Shown: one piece after another, positions 33,451-44,304 of the stretch | Numbering within the stretch: position 1 is the first letter of the stretch | Layout: each line of letters begins with the position of its first letter | Origin: Lophium mytilinum | Lineage: Eukaryota | Length of the DNA stretch: 64,000 nt | NCBI GenBank assembly: GCA_010093605.1 | Contig: MU004183.1 | Span: forward strand, 62,001-126,000 | Direction: 5' to 3' | The notes under the pieces: model-generated | Databases searched by the model: none | What the model saw: the letters and a program-made list of their open reading frames with translations, nothing else | Told to the model about the DNA's origin: nothing | Program-made: the position numbers and the translations under genes

Positions 33451-35463
33451 AGTTAACGCCGTGTGCGAGAGTGTGTGGTAGTTGATCAAGGATGAATGGA
33501 CCGTATATTGGAAGCTGTAGTGACCAAAGACAGAACTGAGGCTGGGGATGGCGAAGTTATGGCAGAGGAGCATTTAGTCGGTTGTTCAGCCTGCTGTAGT
33601 GATTGAACCTCTACGAAAAGCCGTTGGAGTAGATAGTGCTACGGAACAAGAAGCTGTAAGCCGTTTACGTGATGGATTATATAATGATGAGGTAAGATAG
33701 GGAGCGGTCTGAGGGGAGGTAAGCCTTGTGATGCTGTATGGCGAATTTCAGTAGTGTCGGAGAATGCTCCCGTGAGCCTACGCGTCAAATTCCAACTCTG
33801 CTGCTGCCATAGTATCGACTACATCAGTCCAGAGTCCAGAAGTTCTCTAGTAGCGCGTGAAGAATCACCTATGATTTCAGAGCTTTACGGTCGCGATTCG
33901 AGGCTTCGCTCTAAAACATATGTGCTGAGTTCAAGACCGAGGGTACTCATCAAAACCTCCACCGCAATACCAGCATGTCCTGTGATATAATCAGAAACGG
34001 TTCGGTCCGACTTTATGAAAGCCCCTGTAGCTGTATAGGCTACCTCAGACCGGTATCGGACTGCTAGCATATGCTCAATGAGACATCAATGCATCCTTCC
34101 TGGAGAAGATGAAGTTTCCGTCTTACTCTACTCTGTCACCTCACAAATCAGGACTCACAGACGGGAGGACTCTTCGAGTACAGGTCGTTGCACGTTTGTT
34201 GATATGCTAAGATGTTAGAGAGCAAGTAAGATCTGCGAAGAGGCGCAGCACGTTGTCGGCGGCGAATGGCAAACTGCTAAACAATCTAGAGCTACTCACA
34301 TCATTCCGCACAGCATCAGCGAAAACACACCGAAAATCTTTTCAGCGAAAGGAGCGGTCTTTATTGCCATCCAATGTTCGATCACAACAGTCCCTGCATG
34401 CTCAAGTAGTTCGAGCAGTGATTAGATGACGCGAGGTTTGCTATTGTCCCTGCGTCGAAAGCCGACCAAGATCTTGATCATAAAATTACAAACCTTGATG
34501 CAATATCGAGAGATAAAAGTTTACAAATGCAACTACCGCCAGGCCGGCAAGAAGCCATCTTTGATTTACTTTCTGTCTACAAATCTTTAGACAGATGCAA
34601 CCTGCGGTCAAGAGCTAGGAACATGACATGTAAAAGTGGTCTCAGGAAAGTGTGGGCAACTCCGCACAAGTGCCTAAGAGCGTTCTTTTGCTCTCGCTTG
34701 CGAATCGTATTGGCATGTGACCAGCTCGCCCTCCTGCGGCGGCGACGAAGGCAAGGCGGTATTCCTTGGCTTGGTACATTTCAGGGTGGGCCCTGTAATC
34801 ATGTTAGTGACACCGGTTTTGAGTCCACAAGGGACTCTCAGTCGTACAACCCTAAAGTAGAATATCATGGAAATATTTATACCTTGCGAATTGGCCATAC
34901 GGTTTGGCGGTATACTCAAACCTTCGATAGTTTCCTGAGAACGTGACTTTGAGTCAGTGAGCGATGTGACTATACGGAGCTCTCAAACCAAATCTTAATA
35001 GGTAACGATAAATAGATATCCTCGAGAGTATGCTAGACATTTACCTTACTTAACTTACAGCATGTAAAGAAGCATGAAGCCCGAATTGAACGTATAAAAA
35101 GCAGCGTCGGTAAGAGGTTGAGTTATCACAAGGCTCGACTGAGGAATTTGCACAGATTGCTGTTGTGTGGATACGGAAACCACAATAGCTCTCTCCGCCA
35201 GAAGTTTGACTTCTTAGGCTATTTTTTGACTATGAAAGTATTTTCCAAACTTAGGGAATATGAAATGGGGTAGCTGGTGGCTGAGGGTGTAAAACAAAGG
35301 AAAGATGGGAGAAATTCAAAAGATACTGAGTGCTGGTTCGCCAGACGAAAAGAATGAAAAGCACGACATGAGAGCCTGGAGCCATGGTGCATCTAATTTT
35401 TGGTGGGTTTCTCCCCTACTGCTGATGTTTTAGAATGATATTTCCGATGCACCAGCGTCTTTA

Positions 35464-36891
35464 CTACTCCCATAGGTCATCGTTCCTCACGGCAGCTGCG
35501 CGAACATCCTCCAAACTTCGGGTGATCCACATGCCAATATCGTTAGGATCTGTAGTGGCCGTCTCCCGAAGTTCCTTTCTCAGTGGCAAGATGGTCAGTT
35601 CTGTCTTGTCTCCCGTCGAGGAAGGTTTTCTGCTAAGCACCACGCACAGCACCTTCTTCCTCGAGCAACTACGGCAGGCCTGTCTTCCTGGCGAGTCTTT
35701 GGGCCATTGTGAGTCATAAACCGTGGCGCGTGAGATGAGATGAAGGCATTTCGAAGTGATCTTTGGATCTTCGATTGGTAATACTCCGTCGCTATGAAAG
35801 AACGGTATAAAAACTGCCAGTTTCTCTCGCAAACAGTGTGGGAACTCCGAGCCAACCAATCTGGCATTCCCGTGCAGCGCAATGAAATCGAAGTTGGAAT
35901 AGCTCTTCTGTAATTTTTCAAAAGGTGTTTGAGTCGCTGAAGGCAGCGAAAAATTTGCGGGCGGAGAGGAGACGGCAGCGCTCTGACTGCCGCCATAGTC
36001 TATCCTTGGACGCTTGGCCGGTCTTTCAGATACGTCCATGTTGACAGCATCCTTGATTGAAGATAGCGTTGTCTTTAGAGCGTTCGTCTCTTGCTGGGCC
36101 AATGCGAGCTGAGCCCTGAGGCTGCGGATCTCTTCTTGGTCCTTCGCTTTGAGAGCTGTGAGATTCTTTTCCAGAGATGTTGCCATATCTTTGTGCTGGT
36201 TGAACAGAATCCCTAGTTCGTAGAGACTCTTCGCATTCTCATCTATGCGCCCTTGCAGCTTTTCGATCTCTGCCCCCTTGGCCCTCTTCATCTCCTCGAA
36301 CTCTTTATCCTTGCTTCTCTTCAAGACGATCATTTTCATGTCACCTTCTTCCTTTTGCTGATTTAATAAGCGCTTGAAACTTCTGATCTCTTTCTCTCCG
36401 CTCGCAAGCGTACCCTTGACGGTAGAAAGCGCCTCTTCAGTCTTGAGACCTTGATCATGCCGAACTCGAAGTTGCTCCTTTAAACTGTCAATTTCCGCGA
36501 GCAGGCGCCGCCGCTGCTCCTGATCCGACGTCGTCTCGCTACCTTTCTTTGTCTCCGGATCGACATTTCCCCTGCTCTTCTCCATCATTTGCTTCTCCCA
36601 TGCCTCTAGTGCCTCTAGCCTTCTCTCCACCGTAGCCAAGCGATCTTCACTTCCCGTATCCCCCATTTTCACTTGATCGACGACGGCTGCAGTACTCTTC
36701 CCCTCCTTGGCATGCTGCGCAGGATCTTCTTTCTTTCTGCTTTTTGCTCTAGTAAACTTGCCATCCAACCAATCATCTGCAAATCTCTTTGCTGCCAAAA
36801 GATGCTCGTCATGGAGAACGCAATCCGCGGCATGATGAGACCAAGATTCGCCGTCCCAAACACAGTCTCTGTGATGCGCCGGCGGAGCCAT
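35464..36891 (-). CDS. Orphan family-2 gene J: coiled coil + RPAKRPR NLS + degenerate Cys module shared with H, 475 aa
   Basis: Intronless ORF. C-terminus KCLH...PGRQACRSCSRKKVLC...TILPLRKELR...IGMW parallels H's TCLH...PGKNEACVPCSKKGVPC...QLLPLADTYR...IVSW. Confidence 0.85.
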   Translation of the reverse strand: MAPPAHHRDCVWDGESWSHHAADCVLHDEHLLAAKRFADDWLDGKFTRAKSRKKEDPAQHAKEGKSTAAVVDQVKMGDTGSEDRLATVERRLEALEAWEKQMMEKSRGNVDPETKKGSETTSDQEQRRRLLAEIDSLKEQLRVRHDQGLKTEEALSTVKGTLASGEKEIRSFKRLLNQQKEEGDMKMIVLKRSKDKEFEEMKRAKGAEIEKLQGRIDENAKSLYELGILFNQHKDMATSLEKNLTALKAKDQEEIRSLRAQLALAQQETNALKTTLSSIKDAVNMDVSERPAKRPRIDYGGSQSAAVSSPPANFSLPSATQTPFEKLQKSYSNFDFIALHGNARLVGSEFPHCLREKLAVFIPFFHSDGVLPIEDPKITSKCLHLISRATVYDSQWPKDSPGRQACRSCSRKKVLCVVLSRKPSSTGDKTELTILPLRKELRETATTDPNDIGMWITRSLEDVRAAAVRNDDLWE

Positions 36892-38390
36892 TGTTTTCGG
36901 ATAGATCTTGTTCTAGCCCAGTGCCATGAAACGGCCCGACTCGATTGGGGGGTGATCAGACCAGTGATCGAAGGCAGTGAGGAGTCGAGATCAAACGGTA
37001 TGCGCGTTAGATATCAGCATGCGGTAGGTATTAGAGAGTTTGGATATAATGACGGTGAGGCAGCAGACCACCCAGCGGGCCACGAATGGGAGGTAAGAGA
37101 GTAGCTACAGTGCGGAGGTGGAGGGTTAGAAAGGTAGGTGTTGAGCTGTGGAAAGGTGGGAGTTAAGGTTTGGAAAGGCGGTGGCAGATAAGATGTAGGA
37201 CCTCACTTGAAGTTACCAGAGTGCGTCTACTTTCTTCCCGTTTTCATCATCATACTGCTAAAAGGTAAGCCCGCTAGGCTACCCCAGATGGCAGCAGATA
37301 AGTGTACACGGATATCGGAAGCACATGATTGCCGATTTAGTTCGCGCTCTCGCGACTATGGCATCCTATCTATGTTCTTGGTGATATTTTGAGGTACTAC
37401 AACCTGTGCCTACATAGCCCAATTCAATAGTTTTGAAACCTTGCCGACTCATAGACTAGAGGGCGCAACATAGTATAGTGGTACATAGTGGTATGCTGAG
37501 GCAACTCAGGCAATGGAACAATTGGATCATTCATGGCTCACTCAGTCATGGTCTTGAGTATTTGAAATCTCATGCGCAGTTCAAATAATAGGCTGATGGC
37601 TCTAAGACTGTGCAAGCATAGAGGACCAAATCAGTTGTTGGTGGGAGCTTTTTATTGATATAGGAGAGTGGAAGAGATGGCAAGAAAGAGTATGCACCTA
37701 AATATTGGGAAGGGTGAAGGCAAGATCAAAATTCAAAACGCTTTGATCAATTGTGAAGGTGGAAAGGGACGGAAAGGAAGGAGGAAGGGTTGAAAAGAAG
37801 ATCGCCTGCCTTTCCGTGTTATGGGCTTGTATGTGGGTGGTATTGGGGAGCAAAGAGATGAAAACAATGCAGATGGTGGGCATGGTAAGTCGTGATAAAG
37901 TCGCCAGAACTCTCTGGGCTACTTTGCTAAGCATATCTTTCAGGGAATTTTAGTCGTCAGGTTTTAAAGAAACCCCTGTTTAGATCCTGTTCTAATCATC
38001 TTTAAGCCCGGGGGTCATGCTTGGTTGACAAGTAGCGTCTGCCAGTTAAGTATTGTGTAATCTGAGGAGTTTCTTCCAGACTTCCAGGTTCTAATCATCT
38101 TGTACGGCAGTCGCAAAAGTAGCATGACATCTTTCGGCACTGAAAGAAGTAGACATAGATAGCCCTCCTTCTCGCATGCCTACCCAGCTTCGTGGGTACT
38201 ATGCGGAGTAAGTGTCTCAGAATTTAGCTCGATTCGAGTGTGCAACGTCCGCCTATATGCTCAAACACTCGTCCGCCCAGAGCTCAATATCTTGCCCGAT
38301 ATTAGAAAAATGCACATTAGACCGCGTGTTGGCCAGTGGGTTTGGATTAAGGGCATCGGATAGCCGTCAGTGTCGGAATGATGTGGCCTA

Positions 38391-40505
38391 TTAGGGTGCG
38401 TACGGAACACTGAATGAATACATGAAGCCACAAGAACAGCATGCTGCACTCTCTCTGCCAGTAGTGGACGCTTCAAGCTGGAGATCTTCCAGACAGCCTT
38501 GGCAGTAGAAATGACGGCAAGCTGTCATCCACGGATCGATGGCAGTTTTGTGGCATTTGACGCATTTGGTTTCCTCGTCATCCGACATCTCATCATTCAT
38601 ACCCAAACGTTGACGCTTACGGGGTCTGTCAACATCGAGGATGCCATCTGTACGAACAGCGTTGTTGGCCGTATCGAGTCCCTGCTGGACATCTCGAAGC
38701 TCGGAAGTCAGTCGTGCAATCTCATCGTCCTTCTCTGTGCCCGATCGCTCCAGCTCCTGTATCCGACTCTCAAGGCCCTTATTCGTCCCGAGCCACTCGC
38801 TCCGATTCTTCCGCGCAATTTCTTTAAGCTGCTTCACTTCGGCGTCTCCAATCCTTTTCGCCCTCGCAAAGCCTTCTTCTTCCCGCTTCCCTGCCTCTTT
38901 GAGCATAAAGTCCTTACTAGCTTCTAACTGCTGGACTTGTTCTTCATGTGACATCTTGATTTCGTCGATCTCGCCCTTCAGCTTCCCTTCGCCATCCTTC
39001 AACGTAGCAACCATGTCGTCTTTAATCTGCATCTCCGCCCTGTGAATTCCCCGCTCTTTTTCCAGTCGCGTTTCAAGAGCTCGATATGTGTCCAGTTGGC
39101 TTCGGATCTTCTTTTCGCTACTCTGGGCCGAAGCGTCCCAGTCGCGCTTCAAGCTCTGGATCTCTGCCTTCGCAGTAACAAGCTCCTCTTGGGTCCGAAC
39201 TCTATCCTCGTCCCAAATTCCTTGCTGCTCCTCCAATACCGCGATGTTGCGGTCTTGTGCCTGCTCCAGGCGAGCGAAGTCGTCGTTCGTCTTCTCAATC
39301 TGCGCCTTCGCAGCAGCAAGATCCTCCTCAAGTCTATTCTTCTCCTCCAGCCAGGTTACCTCTTTCTTCTTAACTTCTTGAAGCTCACGTTGGTCGCGGT
39401 AGGCTTGAAGCCTCTCAGATCCTTTCGCGGCATCTCCGAGGTCCTCCTCAACGGCTGCCATGAACTTCAAAGCCATGTTGTGGTGACCGTCCATCGCTTG
39501 GAGTCGATCTTCTAAGGCTTGAAGCCTTATTCCAATATCAGATGTGTTCTCCCCAGCGTAGGAGATACCCTTTTTTGACTGAGCAGGTTCAAGAGAGGTC
39601 GTTGAAAGGGTCGCTAAAGACACAGAAGTGGTATCTTCATCGTTAGGCGGAGATGTTTCGGCATCCATCATATCGTGATCTATATTATGAGCTTGTATCG
39701 TCCGGGAAGTAAGCGCTGAATCGCTGGTAGCCGGTCGAATTGTTGAAGATGCAGTAGCCACGGCTCCATCATTTGCCGGGAACGATGTAGCATTCGCCAT
39801 GTCGTGATCCACTTCGGAAACCTGGGCAGCCTGGTGAGATGGGATTGGATTGCTGGTAGCCGCTCTGGAACTGAAAATTTCCATAATAGGTGGCTTGTCC
39901 CGTCCAAGTGGGTTGAAGTCTCGGTCATCCATTTGGGAGGAGTCAGACAGCTTGCTAGCAGATCTATCGCGGCGTACGCTAAGTATGCTTGCACCTAGAT
40001 CAAGAGCACCAACATGTCTAGCTTGGCGGGGTAGCCCTAGGCGTGCGGTGTTGGTTTCGCCCTGCGTTCCATCATCATTTTCCACACGCTGCCGAGCCTT
40101 GTGCTCTCTCAGGCGAGTATGCTCTTTTGTCTGCGCCTTCATCCACGCGATGTCTTCACTCAACGACAGGTCCCGACGTTTTTTGATCTCCGCGATCCTG
40201 TCCGTTTCAAGTAGGAATCTAAAGAGTTCATTAGTTGGTTCCGATGGAGACATTTCATTGGGGAACACGACTCACTTTTGACGTGCCAATTCATCTTCAG
40301 CGTCCACGCTGAGAGGGTGCGTAGCTACGACCGCATCAAATGTGCTTTGGGGAAGGGCTGTCTTCGCTGCTTTGTTCGAACCCTTTCCTTCGGTCTTAGC
40401 GTTCGGCTTCTTAAGCTTCGATTTCGCCTTGAGGGTAGCTGGAGTCCGATGCTTTAGCTGCTTCCGCTCGTTGCTCGTCAACAATGGGGCCGGGTAGTCC
40501 TCCAT
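38391..40505 (-). CDS. Orphan family-2 gene K: low-complexity N-terminus, long coiled coil, RPRKRQR NLS, C-terminal C3HC4 RING
   Basis: Exons 40505-40276 and 40218-38391 joined by a 57-nt intron (GTGAGT...ACTAAT...TAG). RING CVKC..WMTACRHFYCQGC..CCSC at 38564-38430. Confidence 0.85.
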
Positions 40506-42198
40506 GATTGCTAGCGCTATCCGATCACCTCGGAGTTGAAGTTGGTGGTTGAGGTAGGTTGTAGAGAGTGTAATCGAGAGGTTGTTGGTGGTCGAAGGAG
40601 CAGAAGTGAGATCTCGACTTAGACCGCCAAGGCCGAAGACCTCACTTCACTTCTAACAGACAAGGCAATCGTGTCTGGGAGCATAAGCCTTGACCGTCAT
40701 AAGTAAATGCCTACCAGATGAGACGCTAGATTTTCGCTCCCATAAATCGGTAGAAAAGCCGCGGAGATGCAAATGAACGGATAGCTTCCCAACAACAATA
40801 ATTCCCCTGCGGTACCTTGGTAGAAGCTCGTGCACTCACCTCTACGATTGCTTGAAGTACCCCTAAATGTCTCAAAAGTATGTCCAGTTATAAGTCGTAA
40901 CACGTTGGAATCTTGGGGTCGGTAGCGCAGTGGTGCGGTTGCTTACGCAGTCTTCAAGGTGCGTCTGTTATGATATCAGATCCAGGGTCTGACCTGAATT
41001 AAGACTTTGTCTTCTTGTAAGTATCCAACTCCTCCAATACTAACAAAGCAGCATATAGATGCAGGCTGTTTAGCGATCCGGTCATAGATTGCGACGTTAT
41101 AGAATGTTGCGCAGGCTAGCTGGACGACTAGGTGTTCTGCCATTCTAGAGTTAGTGATGCTGGCTACGCTGGGAGCTGACTCTCTATTAGCTGAGGGGGG
41201 GAATGCCTCAAGACAAGAGGCAAAGAAGCTCGTCTCATTGCTGCTCGTGGGCCAACATGCCAAGCTCGAGGTCCGTCTTTCGATGGAAATTTGATGGGAA
41301 ATTGAAGAACGGCCATCGGGGACATTCAATTGATAAGAGCAGAAGATGGTAAGAAACGTGAAGTTGAAAAGATGGAAGCATGAACATATACACACACATT
41401 CCGTCAGGCACCCAGCAAGAACTGCCGGCGCATTCTACCCAGTCCAAAGTGCTATCGAACGATGAAGAAATTGTGGTGTACTTGCTATGATGGTGGTGCT
41501 TCGAGGTTTTGAGAGAAAGCAGGCGATTGAGCAAACCACTATTCCCAGAGTCACTTATTAGCTGTTGAATTCAAAATTCGGTCTAGCCAGTGTTCCTTCG
41601 AAATGTAATCAGAAGCTGTATTCCTCAAGGTGATTACCTATCCCTAGCAGAGAGAGTCACGCGACAAGCCCAGTGCTGCAGGTGGTGAAGGTTTGCCGGC
41701 CGGGGCGCCGAACCTCAACAACAAAAGCACGCATCCCAAGGCATACCACCTTCCCTACTCGAGAGACCAGCGAGCGCATTGCCGAGCTTAACGGGCCATG
41801 AATCGGCTCTCAATCCCACTATAAATGGCCTCCGGACGTCGTGTCTGCGGTTCGGACTTCGTGCCCAATGGCTCTTTGAAAGCTGGTCCATCCTCATTCC
41901 CATCTCTACCGCGCAAATCTGATACCTCCTGTTTCCCGCACCCGTCACACCCGCGGATCTCCACCGCTTCTTTAAAGGAGTCAGGCCGGGCGAATGGAGC
42001 AGTCAGCACAAAGGATCCGGACTCTTGTGCTGCAACCGTGAGAAGGAGTTGGGACTACGACTGAGGAGTGCAATTGGACGCGTATCTAAATCCACGTATG
42101 CGACAAACGGGATAACTACTCGATATCAAACAGCTTCCTGCTTCAACCCCTCCTTTACGACCTCCTCTACCTCTACTCTCGCCCAGAATCAATTCACT

Positions 42199-43937
42199 AT
42201 GCCGCCAGACCTCACCCTCTCCTCCGCGCCCCCCGCGTTCTCCACCGTCTCCGCCCCTCCCACCTCCGCCGCAGAAGCCTTCCCGACCTCCCACGAGCAG
42301 CCACCATCACAAGCACAGCAAAACGAAGCTTACCGAAACCATAAGCGCCGCACGACTCAGCCTGAGCTTGTCGACGCGATCAGCCACCCCGGCGATGTGC
42401 GGATCAATGTGCAAGGCGCGTTCATTGTGGACGAGGAGAATGGGAGCACCACCCCCTCGAGCGAGCCGAGTAGCGACACGAGTATGAGCTTGAAGGAGCT
42501 GGAGGATGGAGGATATGAGCACGATGGGAAGGATATCCGGTTACCAAATCATACGCAGGGGGTCAGCCATATTGCTGTTGATGTGAGTAGCCAGCCTTCT
42601 TCGCGGTTCGGGGGTGAGGTTGCACGCGAGCTGCACATTGGGATCACGGAGAGAATCATATGCCGTTAATGGAGCTGATGTGGTGTAAATAGATTGGAGG
42701 CTCCCTAGCCAAACTGGTCTACTTCACGCGCGAACACTCGTCCTCGGAAATCGGTGGCCGGCTCAACTTCGTCAAGTTCGAGACGGATAAAATAGACACC
42801 TGCATTGAGTTTATGCGGCACCTGCAGGCGGAGCACCAGACGCAGAATGGCTCGAAACCGAAAGATTTATGTGTAATGGCGACAGGTGGTGGTGCATTCA
42901 AGTACTACGACAAGATACGGGAGGCGTTGAAGGTAGAGGTGCTGCGTGAAGACGAGATGGAGTGTTTAATAATAGGTACGTCCTCACATCCCTCAATTCC
43001 CAGAAGCCCCTATTATGCTAGAAGGTCACAATTGGGAAGCATTTCAAAATTCCCGCTAACTCCCTACTCCCCAGGCCTCGACTTCTTCATCACCGAAATC
43101 CCCTCCGAAGTCTTCACCTACTCCGAAGCGAACCCCATGTCCTTCGTCGCCTCGCCTCCCTCCAAAACAATCTACCCCTACCTCCTCGTCAACATCGGCT
43201 CCGGCGTCTCCATGATCAAAGTCTCGGGCCCGCGCCAATACACCCGCATCGGCGGCACCTCCCTCGGCGGCGGCACGCTGTGGGGCCTCCTCTCCCTGCT
43301 AACCGGCGCCCGCAACTTCGACGACATGCTCAAGCTCGCCGAAAAAGGCGACAACACGGCCGTCGACATGCTCGTCGGCGACATCTACGGCATGGACTAC
43401 AACAAAATCGGCCTCAAGAGCACCGCCATCGCCAGCTCGTTCGGGAAAGTGTATAAAATGAAGCGCGCGGCGGAGCGGGAGGCTGAAGACCACGGCGGAC
43501 TGGCGAATGGGGATCACGAACACCCATCTGCTTCCTCGCCTCTAGACCCCACCTCCGCGGACCCCATCACAGCTGGGAACACGAAGTTCAAGCCGGAAGA
43601 TATCTCCCGCTCGCTGCTGTACGCGGTGTCGAATAATATCGGGCAGATCGCGTATCTGCACGCTTCGGCGCATAATCTTGAGCATATTTACTTCGGCGGC
43701 AGTTTCATAGGCGGCCATTACCAGACCATGAACACGCTGAGCTACGCGATCAAGTTCTGGAGTAAAGGCGAGAAGAAGGCGTATTTCCTACGGCACGAGG
43801 GATATCTAGGCGCGGTTGGCGCGTTTTTGAAGAGGCAGCCGCGGAATTGGGGAAGGAGGGGGAGCATGGACGGAGGTCCGCTGCCTGGAGAGGGGTTTGA
43901 TGGGAGGGATGGGAATGGGCCCGTAGGGGGAAGATGA
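42199..43937 (+). CDS. CAB1: Type II (fumble) pantothenate kinase
   Basis: Exons 42199-42582, 42693-42975 and 43075-43937. Motifs: IAVDIGGSLAK, ATGGGAFKY, EDEMECLIIGL, YPYLLVNIGSGVS, GGTSLGGGT, RHEGYLGAVGA. Confidence 0.95.
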
Positions 43938-44304
43938 GGGACGGACGAGAGATGCTGGGTCTTGTTTTCGTTCTTGATACCTAGAAGCGGGATTGGTGGA
44001 GTTTAGGATTCTCGAGGCGGGTGGTTTGATTTCTAAAAGCGGTTGGGATGTGGGAGGAATCCTCATCTGAGATAAAATATACAATCCCTAATCTGTGAAC
44101 TCTCGGCGTAATTGATCATCGGGACTCCATCTCTCATAACCTCGAAACATCACACGCACTTCCATACTCCGTTCATAAACCTGCAGCATTCATATCTGCC
44201 CTTCATCGTTCCTATCCTACAAAACCCAAGACCAAGAATGGTGTCGCCAATTTCAATATCTCCTCAACCCACAAACATCAAATCGCCAACCCTCTCAGAA
44301 CCCC

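Noticed and set aside
40272..40274. Apparent in-frame TGA between ORFs 40272-40505 and 38391-40268
   Set aside because: Lies inside a canonical 57-nt intron (GTGAGT donor), so it is not a recoding candidate.
4690..40505. Island as a transposon, Starship or Spok-type element
   Set aside because: No transposase, reverse transcriptase, tyrosine recombinase, nuclease-kinase domain or terminal repeats were recognised, and conserved ARL1 lies inside it.
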